64,000 nt of DNA from Carcharhinus amblyrhynchos (taxonomy: Eukaryota): positions 16,244,001-16,308,000 of the forward strand of contig OZ336889.1 in the NCBI GenBank assembly GCA_965287045.1, written 5' to 3'. The notes under the pieces are model-generated. The model saw only the letters and a list, made by a program, of their open reading frames with translations. It searched no databases and was not told the origin of the DNA. The first letter of the stretch is position 1, and each line of letters starts with the position of its first letter. This document shows positions 27,366 to 39,096 of this stretch, in pieces. Made by a program: the position numbers and the translations under genes.

Positions 27366-28318
27366 CTATATTTGGATAAATGAATGGACAGTGTGCTTTA
27401 TGTCAACTGTAATGGCAGTGGTATTTTAAATAGCACCAGGAGTGCAAACAATAAAATGAGTGAATATTAAACAACCAGAATGCAGGATACTTGTCATGCA
27501 TAGAGATGCAGAGAAGAAAAAAGGCAAAAGACAGTGGGCAGTGAATTGATTTGGTTTCCGGCTTTATTCAGTGCTAAAGCTGACCATATTGTAGATCTGA
27601 AACAATTGATAAGTTGGTCCAAACAGTGTATAGAAGTAGCCCATCACTACTCTGAAAGAAATGTTTGGCATTCACACTGATCCATAGAAACAGCCAAACT
27701 TATTTGGGTTCCTCAATATTCTTCAATATTGGAGTTACATAAAACTAATAGCTTTTCTAAAACAAGAAAAGTGAAGACTCCAAGTTCTAATCTGAAGAAT
27801 TGTTTTGGCTTAATGCCTAACATTAGGGATCACCCGTGTAGTTCTCAAACATACTAGTGGAATTCATAGCCAATTACAACAAAAGAGAGTCATTTTCTTG
27901 TGTTCTTCGTTGAGCTTCACATCAAACATGTGTTTTGATTCAGAACTAAAGCAATACTTTCCAAACATTTCATTTACTTTAGGCACTGGGGATTGACATC
28001 ACTTGAGATGTCAAAAAGGAAACAAATGATTGCAGGCATGTTGCATTTTCTGACTTTGTGGAACAAGGCCTCCTGCACTCTCACTTTCTCCCTTTCTTCA
28101 GCATCACACATCTTCCTCACCTACAAAGACAATGAACCAAACCACGCCTTTTATCAATTCAGTGGCACTGATATCAGATGCTGGACAGGAGACCCCCCCG
28201 TTAGAATTTCCTCTATTTTTGTATGCCATTGTATTGAATGAACTACACAATTTATTCATTTAGGGACAATAAATTAAAGTGATTGATGTTCTCACCTGAA
28301 ACTTTTTTTTAAGCTTAC

Positions 28319-28455
28319 CGTATCAACATCAAGAACAACTCCATTCAAGCCAAAAGTTTTCATCATTCCTCGGATGGCAAACTTTGGTAAAGCAGTACCA
28401 CCAGTGCTGCTGTTGAGATTATTACTGTCTGGATACCGGATCACCACAGTTAGGC
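28319..28455 (-). CDS. HECTD4: HECTD4 exon (LTVVIRYPD...VVLDVDT)
   Basis: tacag| acceptor, |gtaag donor. Confidence 0.92.
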
Positions 28456-28627
28456 CTGTAGCCAGACAGAACAAACCATCATTATTTAATACTGTACTAG
28501 AACAAACGTATTCACTCACCCAAAGAGGTCAGGTTCATATTAAATGCTATATTCTCTGGATCACGCAGAGCTCCTCCAAACCAAGTTAATTAATGTCAGT
28601 TCAAGTTTTGGACAGGCCAGTGATGAC

Positions 28628-29350
28628 ATAAGAACATAAGAAATAGGAGCAGGAGTAGGCCATCTAGCCCTTCGAGCCTGCCCCGCCATTCAATAAGATC
28701 ATGGCTGATCTGTCGTGGCTCAGATCCACATTCCTGCCCTCTCCCCATAACCCTTAATCCCCTCTCTTATCAAAAACCCATCAACCCGCGTCTTAAAAAT
28801 ATTTAGCGAGGTAGCCTCCACCACTTCAACGGGCAGAGAATTCCAGAGATTCACCACCCTTTGAGTGAAGAAGTTCTTCCTCAACTCCATTCTAAACCCC
28901 GCCCCCCCTTTATCTTGAGGCTGTGCCACCTAGTCCTACTATCCTTTCTGAGCGGGAAGAGTCTCTCCACCTCTATCCGATCCATCCCATTCATCATCTT
29001 ATACGTCTCAATGAGATCTCCCCTCGTTCTTCTAAACCCTAACGGGTACAAGCCTAGTTTATTCAGCCTCTCCTCAAAGCTCAACCCCCTCAACTCCGGC
29101 ATCAGCCTAGTAAACCTCCTCTGCACTCCCTCCAAGGCCAAAATATCCTTGCGTAAGTACGGCGCCCAAAACTGCACACAGTACTCCAGCTGCGGCCTCA
29201 CCAATGCCCTATACAGCCGCAGCAAGACCTCCCTACTTTTATATTCAATCCCCCTCGCTATGAAGGCCAGCATCCCATTCGCCTTCCTGACCACCTGCTG
29301 CACCTGCAAGCTGGGTTTTTGCGACTCATGCACAAGGACCGCAAGGTCTC
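28628..29350 (-). mobile_element. Well-preserved 5'-truncated CR1/HER1 LINE
   Basis: 167-aa ORF (RDLAVLV...LVRPQLEYCVQFWAP...RGDLIETYK); tail (ttcttatg)n. Confidence 0.92.
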
Positions 29351-29722
29351 GAAAGCACAGTTGATCTGGACCACTGATGCTCAAAGTTGCTTTCTGGGCT
29401 GCTCAGCTGCTGATGGAAGCCATTTAACTTTAACTCTGATGCAGACTACCTTTTAAATATATTGAGAAGGACTTTGCTGCCTCTGACTGCATTGCTGCAA
29501 GATTTTTCCAACCACATATTTGCTATTTGAAAGTAGTTTTGTTTGATAAAACAGAGCTCAAGTTTTTCAGAGGAAGAACCTTGTTGTAGGTAAAATAAGC
29601 AGAATGGGCACAGAACTTACTCCAAAAGCAAATCATTCATCTCATTGTGAGCAGGAGAAATGCAGAGCTACCAATTACATGATAGATCCATTAAGCTATA
29701 GTGCAACAGGAAAAATAATTAC

Positions 29723-29860
29723 CTTTGCGAACTTTATCTGTTGTGAATTTATTGGCTTCATCTTTAATGTCCTCAATGGTTGGGAGGTAAAGATCTCTGG
29801 GTATGCCACCATTTTCTTCGTACAGGAATTCAACAGTCTGACGAGCAATATCCACCATAC
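29723..29860 (-). CDS. HECTD4: HECTD4 exon (MVDIARQTVEFLYEENGG...KVRK)
   Basis: aacag| acceptor, |gtaat donor. Confidence 0.92.
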
Positions 29861-31324
29861 CTGTTAAAAAACAATTATCTATTTGAAGATTATAATGCAA
29901 CTTGTCTGATGTACATGGACAACCATACATTAAAATTACACATAGTACCATAAAATTACAAACAGAGGGAAACATTAGCATCTCCACATCTTCATTATAG
30001 CCGGGCAGATTTAAAAAAAACTTACCTTGGAGGAAAAATCTTAGCTTTAATATTCTTGCACATGTTTACCATTCCAAAACTATGAATTATCAGAGTTATT
30101 CAGGTGTCAAAAAATTGGTTTAAACAAATTTGTGTTTTTGTAAATGCTAAATGAATGCTTCAAGATTAAATGCTGTCAAGGGGCTTGTGTTGTAATTATA
30201 GAATTTGTGTAATTGCAATTGGCAACAAGCCTGAAACAATAGTAGATATATATTTCTGGAAAGCGAGTGCTACGTAAACAGAGGACTATACATAATTCTG
30301 GGGACTACTGCCAACAGATTGAATGGGCATCTGAAAAACTGTTTCTCTGCACTAAGGTCAAAACGCCATGTTTTTGCAGAACAGCACATTTAATCGAAGA
30401 AACGTCAGCATAAAACCCCATTTATCAAGAGATTGACAAGGTCAGCCCTGGAACATTACGTAAAATAGAAGGAACCAATGAGTGCTATGGATTTTAGTGG
30501 GTTTAAGATTTTTTTTTTAGCAACTCTTGTTGTTTAAGGTAGACTGATCCACTGATTTTGTAATAACGTGGCTTGAGCAATTTTTCATCTCCCAACCTTT
30601 CCCCACTTCCCATGCCACATGATATGGCTAATATTAGCCCCCTCCCCCTGCCCCGCCCCAAGTGTGCCATGAAAATGAACGATATTGGAGTTTCTAAGCT
30701 AGTACTTGGTTGCCTTGTTTGGCTTTTCTGTTATGTTTGCAATTATAAAAGCAGATCTGGCACTCCTCCTCATCAGTCTTGAATTTACCATGTTACCTTT
30801 ATCCCAATATTTGTGTGGCTGAGTACCTGAGAAATTATAGGGAAGTTTAAATGCCTGTGGCAATTCAAGGCAGAAGAATACTGAAAGAAGAGCTGGAATT
30901 CCTGGAAATGGATCCTTGCTGAAAACAGCTGAGAGAAAGCATCATTTGGAAAAAGATTCTTAGACTGGTCTTTTCGAGAGAGAAGTTTGGGAACATTTGT
31001 GTGATAATCATCTGGGCGATTTGAGAAGTGCACAAATGTTCAAGTGGGGGACACGTGCCACTGGGTTTCAGAGTGGGGCATGTCTCACACAATCTGTTGC
31101 TTTAGAGAGAATGTGTATTTACTGAAAACATTATAGCACAAGATACATTTTGTAACCTTAGAGATTATTAAAATGGTTTTTTTTATCTGTTGTTAAAAGG
31201 TAATTGGCAATCCTATAATTCTGCTTATCCACATTTTCTAAAAAAAAGTAACAGTATTTTGAAACAGCGTTCCATTCTCGGACTTTCCAGTCCAGGAGTA
31301 ACATCAACTGGGATCGCAACAAAC

Positions 31325-31817
31325 TTTCTCAGAAAGCTCGGAAATTTGGCATGTCCACTAAAACTCTCACCAACTTTTACAGATGCACCATAGAAAGCGT
31401 TCTTTCTGGATGTATCACAGCTTGGTATGGCTCCTACTCTGATCAAGACTACAAGAAACTACAAAGGGTCATGAATGAAGCCCAGTCCATCATGTAAACC
31501 AGCCTCCCATCCATTGACTCTGTCTACACATCGCTGCCTCGGAAAAGCACCCCAGACATTCCCTCTTCCATCTTCTTCCGTCAGGAAAAACATACAAAAG
31601 TTTGAGGTCACGTACCAACCAACTCAACAACAGCTTCTTGCCTGCTGCCAGACTTTTGAATAGACCTACCTCATTATAAGTTGATCTTTCTCTACATCCT
31701 AGCCATGGATCGAACACTACATTTTGCATCCTCTCCTTTTCTCCTCTATGAACACTATGCTATGTCGGTGTACTTTTCACTGTATGCTAATGGATGTGAC
31801 AATATTAAATCAAATCA
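31325..31817 (+). mobile_element. Rex1/Babar-type LINE, 3' fragment
   Basis: KFGMSTKTLTNFYRCTIESVLSGCITAWYG; (aaatc)n tail. Confidence 0.8.
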
Positions 31818-32606
31818 GAAAAATAAGGGGTAGTCTTGAATAATGCAAGTCATTGACAGGGGTGCACCACTGCTGCAGGCTGTTCCCTGCAAGGCCCCAC
31901 TTGCACTGATATGTTGCAGAAAAGCACTGGCCAGGGTGGAAATGGTTGAAAAGTTCCCAAAGTTGGCGTAGCAGTTGAAGCTGGGTGGGCGAGCTGTGGG
32001 ATACATGATGAGGAAGTGGTTTATTGTAGCGCCATATTGATTCAATTTCTGCTGCCACAGGGCTTCTGCTCTTCTGCCTTGGCACAGTGATCTTAGTAAG
32101 AAGTCTCTCAACACCAGGTTGAATTGCAAACAACATCTCATTTATCTTGGTAGAGATGTTTGCTGAGCAGGAACTTGCAAAAGTTCCTGCTCAGCAAACT
32201 TGCTGGCTCTCCATGGGGTGCAGGTCTATTTGACTGCAGTGTACTTTGCACCAATATGGTACAACTCCTTTCCCAGTCTTGTTAATCCCCAACTCAGCGC
32301 AATGTGTACAATTTTGGGTATCTTCCAATCAATTTAATGCCCCTACTTCCCAGTCATGACCACCCTCTTGCCCCTCACAAGGAGGTAGATTGTAACAAGG
32401 CGGCTCCTGAAGAAGGGTTACATCAACCCAAGTTTTCCACTACACAGGGACCACACCAATTCACCTGCTGTTCACCTCATGTAGTGCCATCCTGTCTGGC
32501 TAAGATCACTGTGATGTGGGGATGCTGGCATTGGACTGGGGTAAACACAGCAAGAAGTCTCACAACATCAGGTTAAAGTCCAACAAGTTTATTTGGTAGC
32601 ACAAGC

Positions 32607-32646
32607 CACATGCTTTCAGAGTACTGTGCTCCTTCATCAGGTGAGT
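32607..32646 (-). ncRNA. Minimal hammerhead ribozyme motif (inverted copy, degenerate)
   Basis: rc reads cac-CTGATGA-a-GGAGcacagtaCTCT-GAAA-GC-AT-gtg; the cleavage-site U appears changed. Confidence 0.55.
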
Positions 32647-32774
32647 GGGAGTTCTGTTCACAAACAGGGCGTATAGAGTCACAAACCCAATTTACGAAAT
32701 AATGATTATAATTATCAAGCACTATTTTGTAAATTGGGTTTGTGTCTTTATATGCTGTTTGTGAACAGAACTCC

Positions 32775-32813
32775 CACTTACCTGATGAAGGAACAGCACT
32801 CCGAAAGCTAGTG
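32775..32813 (+). ncRNA. Minimal type I hammerhead ribozyme motif
   Basis: tac-CTGATGA-a-GGAacagcacTCC-GAAA-GC-TA-gtg: core boxes, stem II and a vestigial stem III. Confidence 0.7.
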
Positions 32814-33444
32814 ACTTGTGCCACCAAATAAATCTGTTGGACTTTAACCTGGTGTTGTGAGACTTCTTGCTGTGTTTACTCCAGTCCAACGCTGACATCT
32901 CCATATCACGGTGATCTTCGCCAGACAGAATGGCACTACACGAGGTGAGCAGCAGGTGAATTAGTGTGGTCCTTGTATAGTGGAAAACTTGGGCTGATGT
33001 AATCCTTCTTCAGAAGCCTTCTTGTTGCAATCTACCTCCTCATGTGAGGGGCAAGAGGGTGGTCATGACTGGGAAGTAGGGGAGTTAAATTGATTGGAAG
33101 ATACCCAAAATTGTACACATTGTTGCGCTGATCTGGGGATTGACAAGTCTGGGAAAAGAATTATACCATATTGGTGCAAAGTACACTGCAGTCAAGTAGA
33201 TCTGCACCCCATAGAGAGCCAGCAAGTTTGCTGAGCAGGAGCTTTTGCAAGTCCCTGCTCAGCAAACATCTCTACCAAGATAAATGAGATGTTGTTTGCC
33301 ATTTAGTCTCTTGCCATTCAAGGAGATGTTAAATTCCTTCTTGGTTCTGGCAATGTGAAGATGGAATATATTTGAGACTATTTTGCTGCTGCTGGGCTTA
33401 TAGTGGTTGGCTGGCTTTGCAACACTGTTGTTTAGTTGTGTAAT

Positions 33445-33585
33445 GCAAAGAACAAAACAGCACAGAAAACAGGCCCTTCGGCCCTCCAAGCCTGCACCGC
33501 TCATTGGTCCAACTAGACCATTCTTTTGTATCCCTCCATTCCCCGTCTGCTCGTGTGACTATCGAGATAAGTCTTAAACAATCCC
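33445..33585 (-). mobile_element. CR1-type LINE extreme 3' fragment
   Basis: acagcacagaaaacaggcccttcggccc 3'-end motif. Confidence 0.65.
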
Positions 33586-33829
33586 CAGTGCTATAAGTTT
33601 TCATACATCTATATATTTGATGGCTATATCCAATTGCTTCTTGTTGCTACATATGCACTTCACAGACATTTGTGAGCAGGTGATGTGCATGCAATTAGTT
33701 CCTCAACAACAGTAACTGTGTCTCACTTTCCTGCTACTGTCAATTATTGTCAATGGAATAGAGCAACATGCTGTCACTGAAAAGGTAATTTTATACAAAG
33801 TGTCTAATCCTTGCGCTCTCTGTGACAAG

Positions 33830-34200
33830 GACTTGTGTATATAGCATCTTTAGCATGACAAAACGTCCCAAGCTTGTTCAAAGGAGCATTGTAAAGCAAA
33901 ATGTGAAACTGAGCCACATAAGCTGATATAGGGATAAATTACCAAAATCTTGGTCAAAAAAGTCAGTTTTAGGGAGTATCTTAAAGTAAAAAGAGAACAA
34001 GGGGGGTTTGGGGATGCTTAGAGCCTTCGAAGTTGAAGACACAGCCACCAATGGTAGAGTGAAAATTGGAAATGCTCAAGACCAGAATTTGAGGATGGAA
34101 GATACCTCATAGTTGTGGGGCTGCAGGAGCTTACAGAGATAGAGAGTGACAAGGCCATATAGGGATTTGAAAACAAGAACGGCAAACAATTAAAAAGCAA
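33830..34200 (-). mobile_element. L2-type LINE 3' fragment
   Basis: acttgtgtatatagcatc...gagccacataag...cacagccaccaatgg; related to 42495-43540 and 62330-62720. Confidence 0.55.
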
Positions 34201-34323
34201 AAGGAACCCAACGTGTTTAGAGATCTGTCTTCAAACAGGAGTATGTAACAATCAGCAGAGTACTTTTACTCTTGAACAATCTGCTAGACATTTATTCATC
34301 ACATTAGATTGTTTAGAACTTAC

Positions 34324-34450
34324 CAAGCTGCAGAGCACCTTTTATTTGATCTAATCCAGATTTTCTTTCTGCTTCATTCCGGAATCGTCTACGAATGGTA
34401 GGAAAGACTTTGGTTTCCCAGGCTTTGACTAAAAGTGCATAGTGATCCTC
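34324..34450 (-). CDS. HECTD4: HECTD4 exon (EDHYALLVKAWETKVFP...GALQL)
   Basis: cacag| acceptor, |gtaag donor. Confidence 0.92.
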
Positions 34451-34699
34451 CTGTGGAAGGACAACATAAATCACAGCAACAAGACACTGCTAGTTGACCA
34501 ATTGTATTCTGCAATTAATAGGATAAAACAAAAACTCAAATCACTCCTGCTTGGAATTAAACCTGTAAATCTGGCTAATTCTTCACTTGTTTGCAAGTAT
34601 TTTTCATTCATTATATTTCTTCCCATTTCCCATGTCCCTTAATATAGAAAGCACAAAGTTACATATTACAAGGAGAATAACTTGTATTGAAATACAGAA

Positions 34700-35830
34700 T
34701 ATAAGAACATAAGAAATAGGAGCAGGAGTAGACCATCTAGCCCTTCGGGCCTGCCCTGCCATTCAATAAGATCACGGCTGGTCTGAAGTGGATCAGCTCC
34801 ACTTGCCCGCTTTCTCCCCATAACCCTTAATTCCCCTGTCTATCAGAAACCTGTCTACCCGTAACTTAAATATATTCAGTGAGGTAGCCTCTACCACTTC
34901 AGCGGGCAGAGAATTCCAGAGATTCACCACCCTTTGAGTGAAGAAGTTCCTCCTCAACTCCGATCTAAACTGCCCCCTCCTTATCTTGAGGCTGTGCCCT
35001 TTAGTCCTGCTATCCTTTCTAAGCAGGAAGAATCTCTCTACCTCTACCCTATCCATCCCCTTCATTATCTTATACATCTCAATGATTCCCCCCTCAGCCT
35101 TCTAAACTCTAACGAGTACAGACCCAGTCTATTCAGTCTCTCTTCATAGGCTAACCCCCTCATTTCTGGTATCAGCCTAGTGAACCTTCTCTGCACTCCC
35201 TCCAAGGCCAATATATCCTTCTGCAAGTGTGGCGACCAAAACTGCACACAGTACTCCAGCTGCGGCCTCACCAGTACCCTGTACAGTTGCAGCAAGACCT
35301 CCCTGCTTTTATATTCTATCCCCCTTGCTATAAAGGCCAACATTCCATTCGCCTTCTTGATCACCTGCAGACTGGGTTTTTGTGATTCGTGCACAAGGAC
35401 CCCCAGGTCCCTCTGCACTGTAGCATGCTGCAGCTTTTCGCCTTTCAAATAATAATCCCTCCCACTATTATTTCTACCAAAGTGGATAACCTCACACTTG
35501 CTACTCCATCTGCCAGATCCTCACCCACTCGCTCAGCCTATCCAGATTTCTCTGCAGACTTTCCACACCCTCCACGCAATTTGCTTTTCCACTCATCTTT
35601 GTGTCATCAGCAAATTTCATCTCCCTACACTCAGCCCCCTCCTCCAGATCATCTATGTAAATGGTAAACAGTTGAGGCCCCAGCACCGATCCCTGCGGCA
35701 CTCCACTAGTCACCAACTGCCAACCAGAATAGCACCCATTGATTCCAACTCTCTGCTTCCTATTAGACAGCCAATCCTCTATCCACGCTAACACCTTAGC
35801 CCCAACTCCATGCACCCTAACCTTCTGCAG
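34700..35830 (-). mobile_element. 5'-truncated CR1/HER1 LINE
   Basis: SGVPQGSVLGP, KFADDTK and LVRPQLEYCVQFWSP motifs; same tail as the 28628 copy. Confidence 0.92.
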
Positions 35831-37181
35831 CAATATACTGCAGAACATACTCATGAGTGGGCTGACCGAAAACCTCATGATAAAAATATAAATTCTATGC
35901 CACTGTTCTTCATAACTGATTATGGTTAGGTCAGATGAATACAATTAAGCGAAATATGCATTTCAAAGTGCAATATGGTTCTTGATGAATTGTTATATTA
36001 CCAACACTAACCAATGGGATTTGGGTTTATGATGGCCTGAACTTGAACATGGATCACTATCGTATGTGTTACTATCATAGTGCAAATATCACAGCAACTT
36101 AAAACTCCAGCGACTTGCGTCATAATTTGTGGTGGCTTCTCTGCCACACAAACATTAACCTAATCAAAATTGTTTATAATTGCTCCATTAAAACAAATAG
36201 CAACTATAAATTTGTTGCACTGACATCATTTTTCATGTAGCTGTCACTTAAGTCTGAAAAATAATGGAATTGGAAACCAAATATTGCATTACCTGCAGAC
36301 TTGTATTTGAGGAAGCAAATATTTTGGAGTTGCACAAAAAAATTCACAAACAAACTGATGTTTGGGTTACAACACTGTTCAATGAGATGTAATGCAATTT
36401 AACACAGGAGGCAGTGAATTCTAATGGGATAGGACTTCTGCCACTTGCCATTGTGAATTCCAATTGGAGAGCCTACAAATCTCACTTGTGACTGTATGCC
36501 TGTTGTCTTGTTTGCAGATGAATGCATCATATATGGATGATGGCTTCTATTTAGGTTATATATGAACAAAACAGAACAGTTACCTGCTCAAAATTGCAGC
36601 ATTTTGCATGAGAAAATCAGAACTCCTCCATGCTCTACACATTCAAAGACAACATCTGTCTCAGGTGATGTGATACCATTTAAATGTCAGGCACAATTAT
36701 TAAAATGTAACAAATAAAATGGTGAATATGGGAAAATTTGTCATAGCCTAGTATGAAAACATAACATGTTGTTTTAATTATTTTTTATAATTCTGCTGGT
36801 TTATCTATCTACTGCCAGCTCAGATGTTCTCTCCTCTCTCATCATCTGGTGCATGCTGCTTTGGTGGCAGAATCAATATATTGGCCATGCCTCCTCAAAT
36901 TTACAATTAGCTATGGCATAATCTAATCAGCTTCTCATTAAATTGTGGCATCAACTGCCACTGAGGCACTAGGAAGCAAAACTGCCTAACTGGTAGTTAA
37001 GATCAATAATATCCCCATTTCAGCAACCTTTGAACCCATAGTTCATACACTCCCAATTGAGAGATCACTTCTCAGTCTGGGAAAAGGGACTAAACTGTTT
37101 CAAATAACATTTGAATAATTTTAATGTGCACAAAGAAAACAACTAATTTTCATTTCTTACTTGAAGTTGTCTATTACTTAC

Positions 37182-37318
37182 TCTTGGAATGTCATCGTCA
37201 TCATCATCATCACTTTCATCATCAGCTACTGGTGAAGGATGACAGTATGGACCAGATATCAAAAAATTTTCATAGCTCAATTCCACTTTATAATGGCAAG
37301 AAGCGTCACTGTCATATT
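37182..37318 (-). CDS. HECTD4: HECTD4 exon (YDSDASCHYKVELSY...poly-Asp-IPR)
   Basis: tgcag| acceptor, |gtaag donor; a second in-frame donor lies 21 nt further on. Confidence 0.9.
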
Positions 37319-37409
37319 CTGCAAATGAGGATAAAAGAAGCCACATTAGGCATGTTTCCTATTATCAAGTGGCATATTTAAGAACTTATAGAAACTACGA
37401 TGATAGTGT

Positions 37410-38105
37410 GCTACTGATATATTCTAAAGGGAAAGTTTGAAGGTTCAGCTTTTTTTAAGCAAGTAGTCAGTATGTCTGGAGGGAATGCAGCTCAGATCTT
37501 GGGACAGCAGGATAATTACTCATTTTAGCCATTTAGTGTTTATTTAGGAGAGAGTTAATGGATTTTTATTTATAGATGGTTACCCCTGGGGTTTTTGGTT
37601 TTGACAGGGTCATGTGATAATGCAGTTAATGGGAGGAGCTAGATATGTAGTAGAGAAAAATCAGCTTTCAGTTCTGGTTGGGGTTTGTTTAAGTCTGCAA
37701 GCTGCTCTCTCCACAAAATCTCTCTGAAAGCTTCAAGGCTGTTCACACTGAATATAGCAAGTACATTTATGGTTGCTAACTATATTTAAAGTGGAGTTTG
37801 AGTCTGTAAATAGTGTTGCTTATTTGGAACTGAAACAGTGATAAGTTAGAAATTAGAGCAGTTTCTTTTCATGTTTAAATATTGTTCAACAGATAATAGT
37901 TAAGTTGTTTCATTTTGTTAGGAGTTATACTTAAACTGTGTTATTAAATAAAGTTTGCTTTTACTATAAAAGATTCCCAGTTTATCAGTGGAAGAACTCC
38001 TGGAGTGAAGCATCCTATCCTCACATTTATGCCAAAATAGAAAAACCGTTGGGGTCTAGTCTGACTTCTTAATGTAATTTGGGATTCTGGTCCAAGGCCC
38101 TAACA
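37410..38105 (+). mobile_element. LTR-like element; left boundary approximate
   Basis: AATAAA near 37947, ends in ...taaCA; homologous to the rc of 9204-10135. Confidence 0.45.
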
Positions 38106-39096
38106 AAACTTTAATCCAGTCTAAAGCAAAAAAGTCAAAAACAAAATACTATAGATGCTGGAAATATTCAGCAGGTTTGGCAGCAGTTATGGGGCGAGAA
38201 ACAGAATTAAGGTTTCAGAACTCTTCTTCTGATCTTGTAAAACATTATCTCCAAGGTTACAGGCTTGAGAGAGGCATCAAGGCACACAATACAAACATAT
38301 AAAATAACGTTGGTTTGGTTTAGTTGCACATAGAACCGACAGCTACTTTTTAAGTTTCAGCTGGCGGTTGTTCAAACCTAAGAATTTCCAGTCGCTATTC
38401 TTAAGAATTATTAACTTCTATTACTCAAGTCAAAGTGATTCCTTTGGAGTCTTCAAGAGTTCAGAAAGAGCAATATCACCTACCCAATGATCAGAGAAAC
38501 AAGATTAGAATTACAATGTCTATGACAATATTAATTCTAAAGAACAGTACTTTAATGATCTTGTATATTCTTTTCCTTTTGAACTAGCTAATATAATTTT
38601 AACAGTAAATATGCATTATTGTTACATGCATTATTTATCTATTGTTGAAGAACGTTATATAACATTTTTCATAACCTCAAGGTATTCCAAAGCACTTTGC
38701 AATCAACGAAATATTTCGGAAGTGTTGCCACTGTTGCAATGTATGAAATGCAGCAGCCAATACAGCAAGGTCTCACAAGCAGCAACGTGATAATGGTTAG
38801 ATCATCTGTTTTTGACAGTTAAAGCCTGAAAAAGGTCTGCTATTCCTAGAGATGAAAGAGGTTCAGAACAATTCTGGTAACTAAAGTATTTGGAAATATG
38901 TTTCCTGTGTATTCACTTGGGCATATTATCAAAAGCTTACCTAGTTTCTAGGTCATAAAGAGATCGCACTCATCTACGTGAATAGTCCAAAATACTGAAG
39001 TCAAAACATGTTAGAGTAAATCTAGAGGATGGAAAAGTCCAAGTAACATAGCACCAATACACAATCAAATGTCCTTCAATGAGAAATGTTACTTAC

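Larger units (their letters stand above)
32514..32906. mobile_element. Two inverted Penelope-like pseudo-LTR ends
   Basis: ...ctgttggactttaacctggtgttgtgagacttctt...ccagtccaacgctgacatctccatat terminus plus a hammerhead motif; inverted pLTR arrangement is typical of PLEs. Confidence 0.8.
32126..33299. repeat. ~1.17-kb imperfect palindrome, centre ~32712
   Basis: Left arm is the reverse complement of the right arm over ~580 bp (about 90% by eye, few indels) with a loop of only ~10 nt. Confidence 0.95.
31830..33425 (-). mobile_element. Vingi/I-group LINE 3' remnant interrupted by a Penelope-like insertion
   Basis: Minus-strand peptides, in order: KIVSNIFHLH...NISLNGKRL...IYLG; LLSKLAGSLWGA; YFAPIW; RQLWELFNHFHPGQ...KWGLA. 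They are collinear across the 32083/32907 TSD. Confidence 0.7.

Noticed and set aside
28861-29364. 167-aa plus-strand ORF
   Set aside because: Antisense shadow of CR1 ORF2.
32126-33299. Palindrome as an assembly artefact
   Set aside because: The arms differ by many substitutions and indels, and the insert is bounded by a TSD; a chimeric fold-back read would give near-identical arms.
32126-33299. Palindrome as a MITE/foldback DNA transposon or CRISPR-like array
   Set aside because: The TSD does not flank the palindrome ends, the right arm is resident LINE sequence collinear with both neighbours, and there is no repeat-spacer periodicity.
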